Assembly (NCBI GenBank): GCA_009844425.1
Contig: VYBN01000033.1
Coordinates: forward strand, 146,263 to 210,262
Reading direction: 5' to 3'
Source: Gammaproteobacteria bacterium
GTDB lineage: Bacteria > Pseudomonadota > Gammaproteobacteria > Steroidobacterales > Foliamicaceae
DNA length: 64,000 nucleotides
The notes under the pieces were generated by a model. The model was not told where the DNA came from. It ran no database searches and saw only the letters and a program-made list of their open reading frames with translations. This document shows, piece after piece, positions 19,368 to 26,399 of the stretch (within the stretch, counting starts at the first letter, position 1; every line of letters begins with the position of its first letter). A program made the position numbers and the translations under genes.

Positions 19368-20351
19368 ATGCATGGCCTAATACCCTGGGGGCATCGCCAT
19401 TTGCCGATAAAAGACAACGTTCTTATCGTTTCCGGAGACGATGCCGGACGGCGCCTGGACAACTTTCTGGCGGGACGCCTCAAGCGCATGCGGCTGGCGC
19501 GGGTGCATCGGATGATACGGCGCGGCGAGGTGCGGGTGAACCGGGGCCGGAAGTCCTCGGGCCACCGCCTGCGCGCGGGCGACGAGGTTCGACTGCCGCC
19601 GTTTCTTCAGCGGCGGCCCCCGCCGCCCGTGGCGTCGCGGGCGCGGTGGATAGAGCAGCGCGTGCTGTACGAGGACGAGGGTCTTCTGGTTCTTGACAAA
19701 CCGGCCGGGCTGGCCGTGCACGCGGGGGGATCCGTCAACCTCGGGGCGGTTGAGTTGCTCCGCGCCGCCCGCCCCCGCGATGGCTTTCTGCAATTGGCGC
19801 ACCGGCTGGACCGGGGTACCAGCGGCTGCCTGCTGCTGGCCAGGAAACCCCGTGCCCTGCACGCCCTGCACAGGGCCTTTCGCGCGAATGAGGTCCGCAA
19901 GACCTATATCGCCCTGCTGGCCGGGCGTCTGAAGGGCAGGGAGCGCCGGGTTGACCTGCCCCTGGACCGATCGCGCAGCACGGGTTCCGAGCGGAGGGTC
20001 CGGGCAGGGTCGGGCCAGCCGGCGCAGACCCGCTTCATGCCTCGCCAGGAGTGGCGGGAGGCCACGCTGGTGCGCGCCGTGCCGGTTACGGGCCGCACCC
20101 ACCAGATCCGCGTTCACGCCGCCGCCATCGGCCACCCGGTGCTCGGCGACGACCGCTACGGCCAGACCCGGAGCGGACCCGATCGGTCACTCGGCCTCAA
20201 GCGTCTGTTTCTGCATGCATCCGGGCTGGAATTGCGTCATCCGCTCACCTTGCGGACAGTGCGCCTGCATGCGCCCCTGCCGGACGAGCTGCGCACCGTT
20301 CTGGCGCGCCTCGGTCCCCCCGAGTTTGGCGCGCCGGCCCGAAAAACATAA
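19368..20351 (+). CDS. rluC: 23S rRNA pseudouridine synthase RluC (RluA family)
   Basis: S4 domain (RLDNFL...IRRGEVRVN) and catalytic block AHRLDRGTSGCLLLA. It is divergent from rne. The start is uncertain; TTG 19401 is an alternative. Confidence 0.85.
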   Translation: MHGLIPWGHRHLPIKDNVLIVSGDDAGRRLDNFLAGRLKRMRLARVHRMIRRGEVRVNRGRKSSGHRLRAGDEVRLPPFLQRRPPPPVASRARWIEQRVLYEDEGLLVLDKPAGLAVHAGGSVNLGAVELLRAARPRDGFLQLAHRLDRGTSGCLLLARKPRALHALHRAFRANEVRKTYIALLAGRLKGRERRVDLPLDRSRSTGSERRVRAGSGQPAQTRFMPRQEWREATLVRAVPVTGRTHQIRVHAAAIGHPVLGDDRYGQTRSGPDRSLGLKRLFLHASGLELRHPLTLRTVRLHAPLPDELRTVLARLGPPEFGAPARKT

Positions 20352-20363
20352 AATGCCGCGCTT

Positions 20364-21050
20364 TTGGGAACTGCGTTGGAAATAAAGCAATTTCTCTGCC
20401 TTGCGCGCTACGAAGCCGAAGGCGGTTTCCGGGTGGCCGCGATACATTTCGACGGCGAAATACTGGGCCCCTGGGCGCGTCTTCACGGCGCGGGAAAGGG
20501 TCGAGCGTTGTCGCTAAACGCCGTGCGTTACCGCAACAAGTCCCCGGCCCGCCCGCTGGATATTTTCATGGCGCCGGTCGAAGCCGCCACGCCCAAGCCT
20601 CCGCAGAACGAGAATCTTCTTGTCGCCGAGCGCCCCCGCTGGCGCAAGGTCGGAACCTATCCCCGGGAGCTGTTGGGCGATCTGTGTTCATCTCCGCTGG
20701 AGCTGTGGTCGGACAAGACCTCGACCAAGGCCGGTTCCTACGACCGCGTGCTGGCGCCGGAGGCCATGGAACTGGATTCGTCGCTGGTGCTGATCGAACT
20801 CGACCGCTACACCGTGGACGTGACGCGGCGCCCGGTGTCCGACGAGCACGTTGTGAGGGTGCGCTTCAGCCACCTGGAACGCGAGTACCGGCTGCTGCTG
20901 TGCGAAGATGTGATGCGCCGCCGCTACGCGCGTTATTCGGTCGGCGAGTATGAAATCGAGCGCCCGACCGCGGCGTGCATCACGCTGGGCCCGCCGGGCA
21001 AGCAGGGACGCATCAAGCGGATCGCGGCGCTGATACCGCTGGAAGACTGA
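20364..21050 (+). CDS. Hypothetical protein; no family recognised
   Basis: G/C-rich third codon positions in this frame (17 of 20 in the stretch checked at 20520-20579). This favours it over the overlapping 20051..20953 ORF. The TTG start is uncertain. Confidence 0.45.
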   Translation: MGTALEIKQFLCLARYEAEGGFRVAAIHFDGEILGPWARLHGAGKGRALSLNAVRYRNKSPARPLDIFMAPVEAATPKPPQNENLLVAERPRWRKVGTYPRELLGDLCSSPLELWSDKTSTKAGSYDRVLAPEAMELDSSLVLIELDRYTVDVTRRPVSDEHVVRVRFSHLEREYRLLLCEDVMRRRYARYSVGEYEIERPTAACITLGPPGKQGRIKRIAALIPLED

Positions 21051-21103
21051 ACGTCGGGACGAGGGCGTCTGGTCCTCCACGAAGGCGGGGTGCCTTCCTT
21101 GCG

Positions 21104-21892
21104 CTAGAAGAAGAAAAAGCGCCGCCGCCGCTGTTCCTCATCGACCTGCTCGCCCGGAAAGTTCGTGGCGAGCATCTGCTCGGCGTCCGTCGCCAGCTCA
21201 TCCAGCCCGATCCTCCGGTACGCCTTGACCAGGATCTTGAGCGAACCGGCAATCTCGGGCGAGCCATGGTAGTTGTCGATCGCGAACCGCGCGCGGTTCG
21301 CGGCCGCGATCCAGGCGCCCCGGCGGAGGTAGTAGTCCGCGACGTGGTTCTCGTAGCGGGCCATGCGGTTGCGCAGGTAAACCATGCGGCGCCGGGCGTC
21401 CGCGGCGTATTCGCTGTCGGGATATCGCGTCGTCAATTGCGTGAAGGCATCGAACGATTCGCCGGCGCTCAGGACGGGACGCCGGGAGTAGTCGATCCGG
21501 AACAGGCGGCCGAAGCGTCCGGGCTGGCGCGCAAAAAGGGCCAGGCCGCGCATGTAGATGGCGTAATCGACGTTCGGATGGCGCGGGTTCTCGCGTTCGA
21601 ACTCGCGCGCCGCCTCCACCGCGCTGTCCTGGTCGTTCAGCCGATAGTGGCAGTAGATGATCTCCAGTTGAGCCTGGCGGGTTTGCGGGTTGAACGGAAA
21701 GCGCGCCTTGAGCGTGCCGAGGAAACGCAAGGCCTTGCGGAAGTCGCCGCCTTCCAGCGCGGCGTGCCCGCGTTCGTAGAGCACGTTGGCCGCCGACAGT
21801 TCGTCGCGCTCGTCGCCGCGGCCGCAACCGGCCAGGGCGGCGCAGGCCGCCGCCACCAGCAGAATCCCGGCGAGGTTGCGAGTTGTGATCAT
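21104..21892 (-). CDS. bamD: Outer membrane protein assembly factor BamD
   Basis: Lipobox LAGC and TPR-like blocks (YERGHAALEGGDFRKA, YCHYRL, HPNVDYAIYMRG). It is divergent from rluD, as in E. coli. Confidence 0.9.
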   Translation of the reverse strand: MITTRNLAGILLVAAACAALAGCGRGDERDELSAANVLYERGHAALEGGDFRKALRFLGTLKARFPFNPQTRQAQLEIIYCHYRLNDQDSAVEAAREFERENPRHPNVDYAIYMRGLALFARQPGRFGRLFRIDYSRRPVLSAGESFDAFTQLTTRYPDSEYAADARRRMVYLRNRMARYENHVADYYLRRGAWIAAANRARFAIDNYHGSPEIAGSLKILVKAYRRIGLDELATDAEQMLATNFPGEQVDEEQRRRRFFFF

Positions 21893-22008
21893 TTCGGTGC
21901 GCAGGAACTGTCGCGGTACCAACAAGCGTGCAGTATAACGAGCGCCCCCGCAGCATGTCAGCCCCGCCCGTTTTCTGCGAAGATGCGGGGCATGCGGAGC
22001 GTGGTTCG

Positions 22009-22947
22009 ATGAAGCGCCTGGTGCGGGAACGCGTCGTGATCCCCGAGAGTCTCGCCGGGCGGCGGCTGGATGTGGCGCTGGCCAGGCTGTTGCCGGATTA
22101 TTCGCGCAGCCTGATCAAGGCCTGGATAGAGCGCGGTCAGGTTACGGAGGAAAGCGGCGATTCCCTGAGGCCCCGCTCGCCGGTGCAGGCGGGACAGGAA
22201 TACGAGATCCGCGGGGAACTGGCCGCGGTGGGATCGGTGGAGCCGGAGTTCGTGGAATTCGACCTGGTTCATGCCGACCCGGACCTGATCGTGGTGAACA
22301 AGCCCGCCGGGCTGGTCGTGCACCCCGGCGCCGGGAATCCCGGCGGCACGCTGCAGAACGGTTTGCTGCACCGGTTCCCGGAACTCGAGGCCGTGCCGCG
22401 CTTCGGGCTGGTGCACCGGCTGGATGCGGGCACAACGGGGCTGCTGATCGTGGCCCGCACGGTCGCCGCCCACCAGCGGCTTACCGGGGACCTGCAGGAC
22501 CGGCGGATTCGCCGCGAGTACCGGGCGGTCACCCGGGGGTGCCCGGTGGCCGGCGGGACCATGGACCAGCCCCTGGGGCGCCATCCCCGCGACCGGCTGC
22601 GCGTGGCGGTTCGTCCGGGAGGGCGCAGCGCCGTTACCCACTATCGCGTTCTTGCACGTTTTCCCTCAAATGCGCTTGTCGCGGTCCGCCTGGAGACGGG
22701 GCGCACGCACCAGATACGCGTGCATCTGGCTCACGCCGGGTATCCGCTGGTCGGGGACTCGCTGTATTCCCGGAGCAGGGACGGATTCGACCGTCCGGCC
22801 CTGCATGCCGCCCGGCTCGGGGTGCGGCATCCCGCAACTGGAAGCGAATGCAATTTCCGGGCTCCATTGCCGGAGGACATGCGCTGTCTGCTGACGCGCC
22901 TGGCCGGGGAGGAGCGCGACTGGGACGGTTTTTCGTGGAGCGGCTGA
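22009..22947 (+). CDS. rluD: 23S rRNA pseudouridine synthase RluD
   Basis: S4 domain (RLDVALARLL) and catalytic block VHRLDAGTTGLLIVA. The start is taken at ATG 22009; ATG 21955 is the alternative. Confidence 0.9.
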   Translation: MKRLVRERVVIPESLAGRRLDVALARLLPDYSRSLIKAWIERGQVTEESGDSLRPRSPVQAGQEYEIRGELAAVGSVEPEFVEFDLVHADPDLIVVNKPAGLVVHPGAGNPGGTLQNGLLHRFPELEAVPRFGLVHRLDAGTTGLLIVARTVAAHQRLTGDLQDRRIRREYRAVTRGCPVAGGTMDQPLGRHPRDRLRVAVRPGGRSAVTHYRVLARFPSNALVAVRLETGRTHQIRVHLAHAGYPLVGDSLYSRSRDGFDRPALHAARLGVRHPATGSECNFRAPLPEDMRCLLTRLAGEERDWDGFSWSG

Positions 22948-23609
22948 TCCGCCCCGATTGGCCGGCGCCCCGGCCGGTTCGCGCCGCCAGTACGCTGCGC
23001 GGCCTCGAGCCCCGCGAGGCATGGCGCTTGCTGGAGATCCCGGGCGAACCGCGCTGGCTCTCGCAGATGCACGGCCGGGACGTGGTTTGCGCCGACGCGG
23101 ACTGGACCGAAGTGCAGGCGGATGGCTGCGTGTCGTATACCCCTGGGCGCGCGTGCATGCTGCGCACGGCCGACTGCCTGCCGATCCTGTTTTGCGATGC
23201 CGCCGGAAGCCGCGTCGGAGCGGCCCACGCGGGCTGGCGCGGCCTGGCTTCGGGCGTGATCGAGGCGACCGTGGCCTCATTGTGCGGGGGCGGCTCCGGG
23301 GTGATCGACCCGCGGAACCTGATGGCCTGGATCGGTCCCGGCATCGGCGGTCCCGCGTACGAGGTCGGCGCTGACGTTTTTTGGGCCATTTCCACGAGTA
23401 CGCCCGATGCGGCGCAGTTCTTTACCCGAAGGGACAGCACCCACTGGCTCCTCGACCTGGCCGGCCTTGCGCGGCATCAGCTGCGCAGGCTCGGAATCAT
23501 GGACATCTACGGCGCCCACTGGTGCACGTTCTCGGACCCCGCCCGGTTCCATTCATATCGCCGCGATGGCAGCTCGGCCCGCCACGCCACATTCATCTGG
23601 CTGCTGTAG
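22935..23609 (+). CDS. pgeF: Peptidoglycan editing factor PgeF (YfiH / laccase-domain protein)
   Basis: The block DCLPILFCD...AAHAGWRG and the C-terminal SYRRDG. The GTG 22935 start overlaps the rluD stop. The conserved rluD-pgeF-clpB order supports the call. Confidence 0.8.
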   Translation: MERLIRPDWPAPRPVRAASTLRGLEPREAWRLLEIPGEPRWLSQMHGRDVVCADADWTEVQADGCVSYTPGRACMLRTADCLPILFCDAAGSRVGAAHAGWRGLASGVIEATVASLCGGGSGVIDPRNLMAWIGPGIGGPAYEVGADVFWAISTSTPDAAQFFTRRDSTHWLLDLAGLARHQLRRLGIMDIYGAHWCTFSDPARFHSYRRDGSSARHATFIWLL

Positions 23610-23715
23610 CCGTCTCTTTGCTTCCTTCTTCTGGGAGTATTGGAGGCAGGGATGCCGGAACAAGCTCCATGGATGGATTTATGCGTCTCCCGGAAGAAGG
23701 AAGCAAAGAGACGGC
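23609..23715 (+). repeat. Nested-hairpin element, copy A (29-bp outer stem, inner GGGA-loop hairpin, GGATG...GCGT tract)
   Basis: Left arm GCCGTCTCTTTGCTTCCTTCTTCTGGGAG (23609-23637) pairs with right arm 23687-23715 through 28 Watson-Crick pairs and 1 G-T. The inner hairpin is GGCA-GGGA-TGCC (23645-23656). The core is shared with copies at 48154-48264 and 48302-48407. Confidence 0.8.
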
Positions 23716-23759
23716 GGAATCGAAGCGCCGCGCCAATGCCGATGAGATAGGCGAACCTG

Positions 23760-23787
23760 GTTGAATTCGCGCCGCCGGACGCCATAT
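23760..23787 (+). promoter_or_regulatory. Candidate sigma-32 (RpoH) heat-shock promoter of clpB
   Basis: GTTGAAT (23760-23766), a 13-nt spacer, then CGCCATAT (23780-23787). The E. coli consensus is CTTGAAA-N13-15-CCCCATnT. The -10 element ends only 7 nt before the clpB ATG, which would imply a leaderless or near-leaderless mRNA. Confidence 0.3.
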
Positions 23788-23794
23788 CGAAGTC

Positions 23795-26386
23795 ATGGAC
23801 CAATTCACCAATCGTGTGCGGGAAGCGCTGTCCGAGGCGCGCGCGGCCGCCGTGGATGCCGACCACCAGTTCCTCGAACCGCTGCACGTCCTTCGGGCGC
23901 TGCTGGAGCAGGACGGAGGCGCCGTGCTGCCGCTCCTGCGCCGCGCGGGGGCCGACACAGGAAAGCTGCAGGCCGATCTGGCCGAAGCGCATGAGCGCAT
24001 GCCCAGCGTCCAGGGGCAGGAGGGCGATCTGCACGCTTCGGCGGCGCTCGCACGGGTACTCAACCTGGCCGGCAAGCTGGCGCGCAAGCGCGGCGATACG
24101 CTGGTCAGCAGCGAGATCCTGCTGCTGGCCGCGGCCGGCGACAGGGGCGAGCACGCGCGGCTGATTAAGGACGCCGGCTTGGACCCGGCGCGACTGGAGG
24201 CGGCAATCGACCAGGTTCGCGGCGGAGAAACCGTCGACGAGGCGGGTGCGGAGGAACTGCGGGGCGCGCTGGAGAAATACGCGATCGACCTGACCCGCAG
24301 CGCCGAGGAAGGCAAGCTCGATCCCATCATCGGCCGCGACGAGGAGATTCGCCGCACGATGCACATCCTGCAACGGCGGACCAAGAACAACCCGGTGCTG
24401 ATCGGGGAACCGGGCGTCGGCAAGACCGCGGTGGTCGAAGGGCTGGCGCAGCGTATCGCCAACAGGGAGGTGCCCGAAGGGCTCAGGAACAAGCGCCTGC
24501 TGGCCCTGGATCTCGGCGCGATGATCGCGGGCGCCAAGTACCGCGGCGAGTTCGAGGAGCGGCTGAAGGCGGTTCTCAAGGAACTGGCGAAGCAGGAAGG
24601 CCGGATCATCCTGTTTATCGACGAGCTGCATACGCTGGTCGGCGCCGGCAAGGCCGAGGGCGCAATGGACGCCGGCAACATGCTCAAACCCGCCCTGGCG
24701 CGCGGCGAATTGCATTGCGTGGGCGCAACGACTCTTGACGAGTACCGCAAGAACCTGGAGAAGGACGGCGCGCTGGAGCGGCGCTTTCAGAAGGTGCTGA
24801 TCGAAGAACCCAGCGTGGAGGACACAATCGCCATCCTGCGCGGCCTGAAGGAGCGCTACGAAGTGCATCATGGCGTCACGATTTCGGACGCCGCCATAGT
24901 GGCCGCGTCCACTCTCTCCCAGCGTTACATCACCGATCGCAAGTTGCCGGACAAGGCCATCGACCTGATCGACGAGGCCGCGGCCCGCATACGCCTGCAG
25001 ATGGACTCCAAGCCGGAAGCCATCGACCGGCTGGAACGGCGGCTCATCCAGTTGAAGATCGAACGCGAGGCCCTGAGCAAGGACGAGGACGAGGGAGCGC
25101 GGCAGCGGCTGGCGGACCTCGATGTCGAGATTGCCGAGCGGGAAGGGCAACACGCCGAACTGTCGGAGACGTGGAAGACGGAAAAGGCCCGCACCCAGGA
25201 AGCCGCCGGACTCAAGGAGCAGCTGGAACAGGCCCGCCTGGCGCTGGAGAAGGCAGGCCGCGGGCAGGACCTGCAGCGCATGTCCGAGCTTCAGTACGGC
25301 GTCATCCCGGAGCTGGAACGCAAGCTTGAGGACGCGCAGGAAAACGAGCCGGAACACGCGGCCGACGCCATGCTCTCCAGCCGCGTCGGGGAAGCCGACA
25401 TCGCCGCCGTCGTGGCCCGCGCCACGGGCATTCCGGTATCCCGCATGCTGACTGGCGAGCGCGAGCGGCTCAACCGCATGGAGGATGAACTGCATCGCCG
25501 CCTGATCGGCCAGGACGAAGCGGTGCGTGCGGTGTCCCGGGCGATCCGCCGTTCCCGCGCCGGGCTCGCCGACCCGGACCGGCCTACCGGCTCGTTCCTG
25601 TTCCTGGGTCCCACGGGCGTGGGCAAGACCGAGTTGTGCAAGGCCCTGGCGGAGTTCCTGTTCGACAGCGAGGGCGCGATGGTGCGCATCGACATGTCGG
25701 AGTACATGGAGAAGCACGCCGTATCAAGGCTGGTCGGCGCGCCGCCCGGCTATATCGGCTACGACGAGGGCGGCCAGCTCACGGAGGCGGTGCGCCGCCG
25801 CCCGTATTCCGTCGTGCTTCTGGACGAACTCGAAAAGGCGCATCCGGACGCACTCAATATCCTGCTGCAATTACTGGACGAGGGCCGCCTGACCGACGGT
25901 CAGGGCCGAACGGTGGATTTCCGCAATACGGTCGTGATCATGACCTCCAATCTGGCATCGGACCAGATCCGTTCGCTGGCCGGGTCCGGGCACGAGGAGA
26001 TCAGGAAAGCCGTGATGGACTCGCTGCGTTCGCACTTTCGCCCGGAATTTCTCAACCGCATCGATGACATCGTCGTGTTCAGGCCGCTGTCACGCGAGGA
26101 GATTCGCGCGATCGTGGACCTGCAGCTCGATCGCCTCGCGGTTCGGCTGGCGGAGCAGGATATGGCGCTTGAGGTCAACGATGCCCTGAAGTTGCGCCTG
26201 TCCAATCTCGGTTACGACCCGGCTTACGGCGCCCGCCCGCTGAAACGGCTAATCTGCGACTACGTGGAGAACCCTCTGGCGGAATGGCTGCTGTCGGCGG
26301 ACGCCAGGCCGGGCGAGACGCTCGAAGTGGCCGACAAGGACGGGGAAACCGTCATTTCCGTGCGTGATCGCCCCAAAGCCGCGTAA
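23795..26386 (+). CDS. clpB: ATP-dependent chaperone / disaggregase ClpB
   Basis: Two AAA+ modules ([18 protein letters not shown]) with a coiled-coil middle domain. 863 aa. Confidence 0.97.
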   Translation: MDQFTNRVREALSEARAAAVDADHQFLEPLHVLRALLEQDGGAVLPLLRRAGADTGKLQADLAEAHERMPSVQGQEGDLHASAALARVLNLAGKLARKRGDTLVSSEILLLAAAGDRGEHARLIKDAGLDPARLEAAIDQVRGGETVDEAGAEELRGALEKYAIDLTRSAEEGKLDPIIGRDEEIRRTMHILQRRTKNNPVLIGEPGVGKTAVVEGLAQRIANREVPEGLRNKRLLALDLGAMIAGAKYRGEFEERLKAVLKELAKQEGRIILFIDELHTLVGAGKAEGAMDAGNMLKPALARGELHCVGATTLDEYRKNLEKDGALERRFQKVLIEEPSVEDTIAILRGLKERYEVHHGVTISDAAIVAASTLSQRYITDRKLPDKAIDLIDEAAARIRLQMDSKPEAIDRLERRLIQLKIEREALSKDEDEGARQRLADLDVEIAEREGQHAELSETWKTEKARTQEAAGLKEQLEQARLALEKAGRGQDLQRMSELQYGVIPELERKLEDAQENEPEHAADAMLSSRVGEADIAAVVARATGIPVSRMLTGERERLNRMEDELHRRLIGQDEAVRAVSRAIRRSRAGLADPDRPTGSFLFLGPTGVGKTELCKALAEFLFDSEGAMVRIDMSEYMEKHAVSRLVGAPPGYIGYDEGGQLTEAVRRRPYSVVLLDELEKAHPDALNILLQLLDEGRLTDGQGRTVDFRNTVVIMTSNLASDQIRSLAGSGHEEIRKAVMDSLRSHFRPEFLNRIDDIVVFRPLSREEIRAIVDLQLDRLAVRLAEQDMALEVNDALKLRLSNLGYDPAYGARPLKRLICDYVENPLAEWLLSADARPGETLEVADKDGETVISVRDRPKAA

Positions 26387-26399
26387 GATTCGGCCCTCG

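Noticed and set aside
20051-20953. A 300-aa ORF overlapping the rluC 3' end and the hypothetical gene at 20364-21050 in another frame.
   Set aside because: Third-codon-position G/C enrichment follows the 20364 frame (17 of 20 codons in the stretch checked), not this one. The translation is Arg/Pro/Gly-rich shadow-like sequence.
21081-21097. Hairpin GAAGGC-GGGGT-GCCTTC between the convergent hypothetical gene and bamD, considered as a bidirectional terminator.
   Set aside because: The stem is only 6 bp and no U-tract follows on either strand.
23609-23715. The long hairpins (here and at 48154-48407) read as rho-independent terminators.
   Set aside because: None of the three is followed by a T/U-run on either strand. 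The 29-bp stems with roughly 50-nt structured interiors are far larger than intrinsic terminator hairpins.
23669-23764. Possible small ORF starting inside the hairpin elements. Copy A would encode [31 protein letters not shown]. Copy C (48360-48437) would encode MDGFMRLSRGRDKHWARKQACGEAG. The only two substitutions in the shared ATGGATGGRTTYATGCGTCTC block are synonymous in this frame.
   Set aside because: No Shine-Dalgarno sequence precedes either ATG. The peptides diverge completely after 7 residues as they run through the variable arms. Copy B has no equivalent ORF, and two third-position changes are weak evidence. Conservation is explained at least as well by an RNA or protein-binding motif. 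It is still worth checking in ribosome-profiling data.
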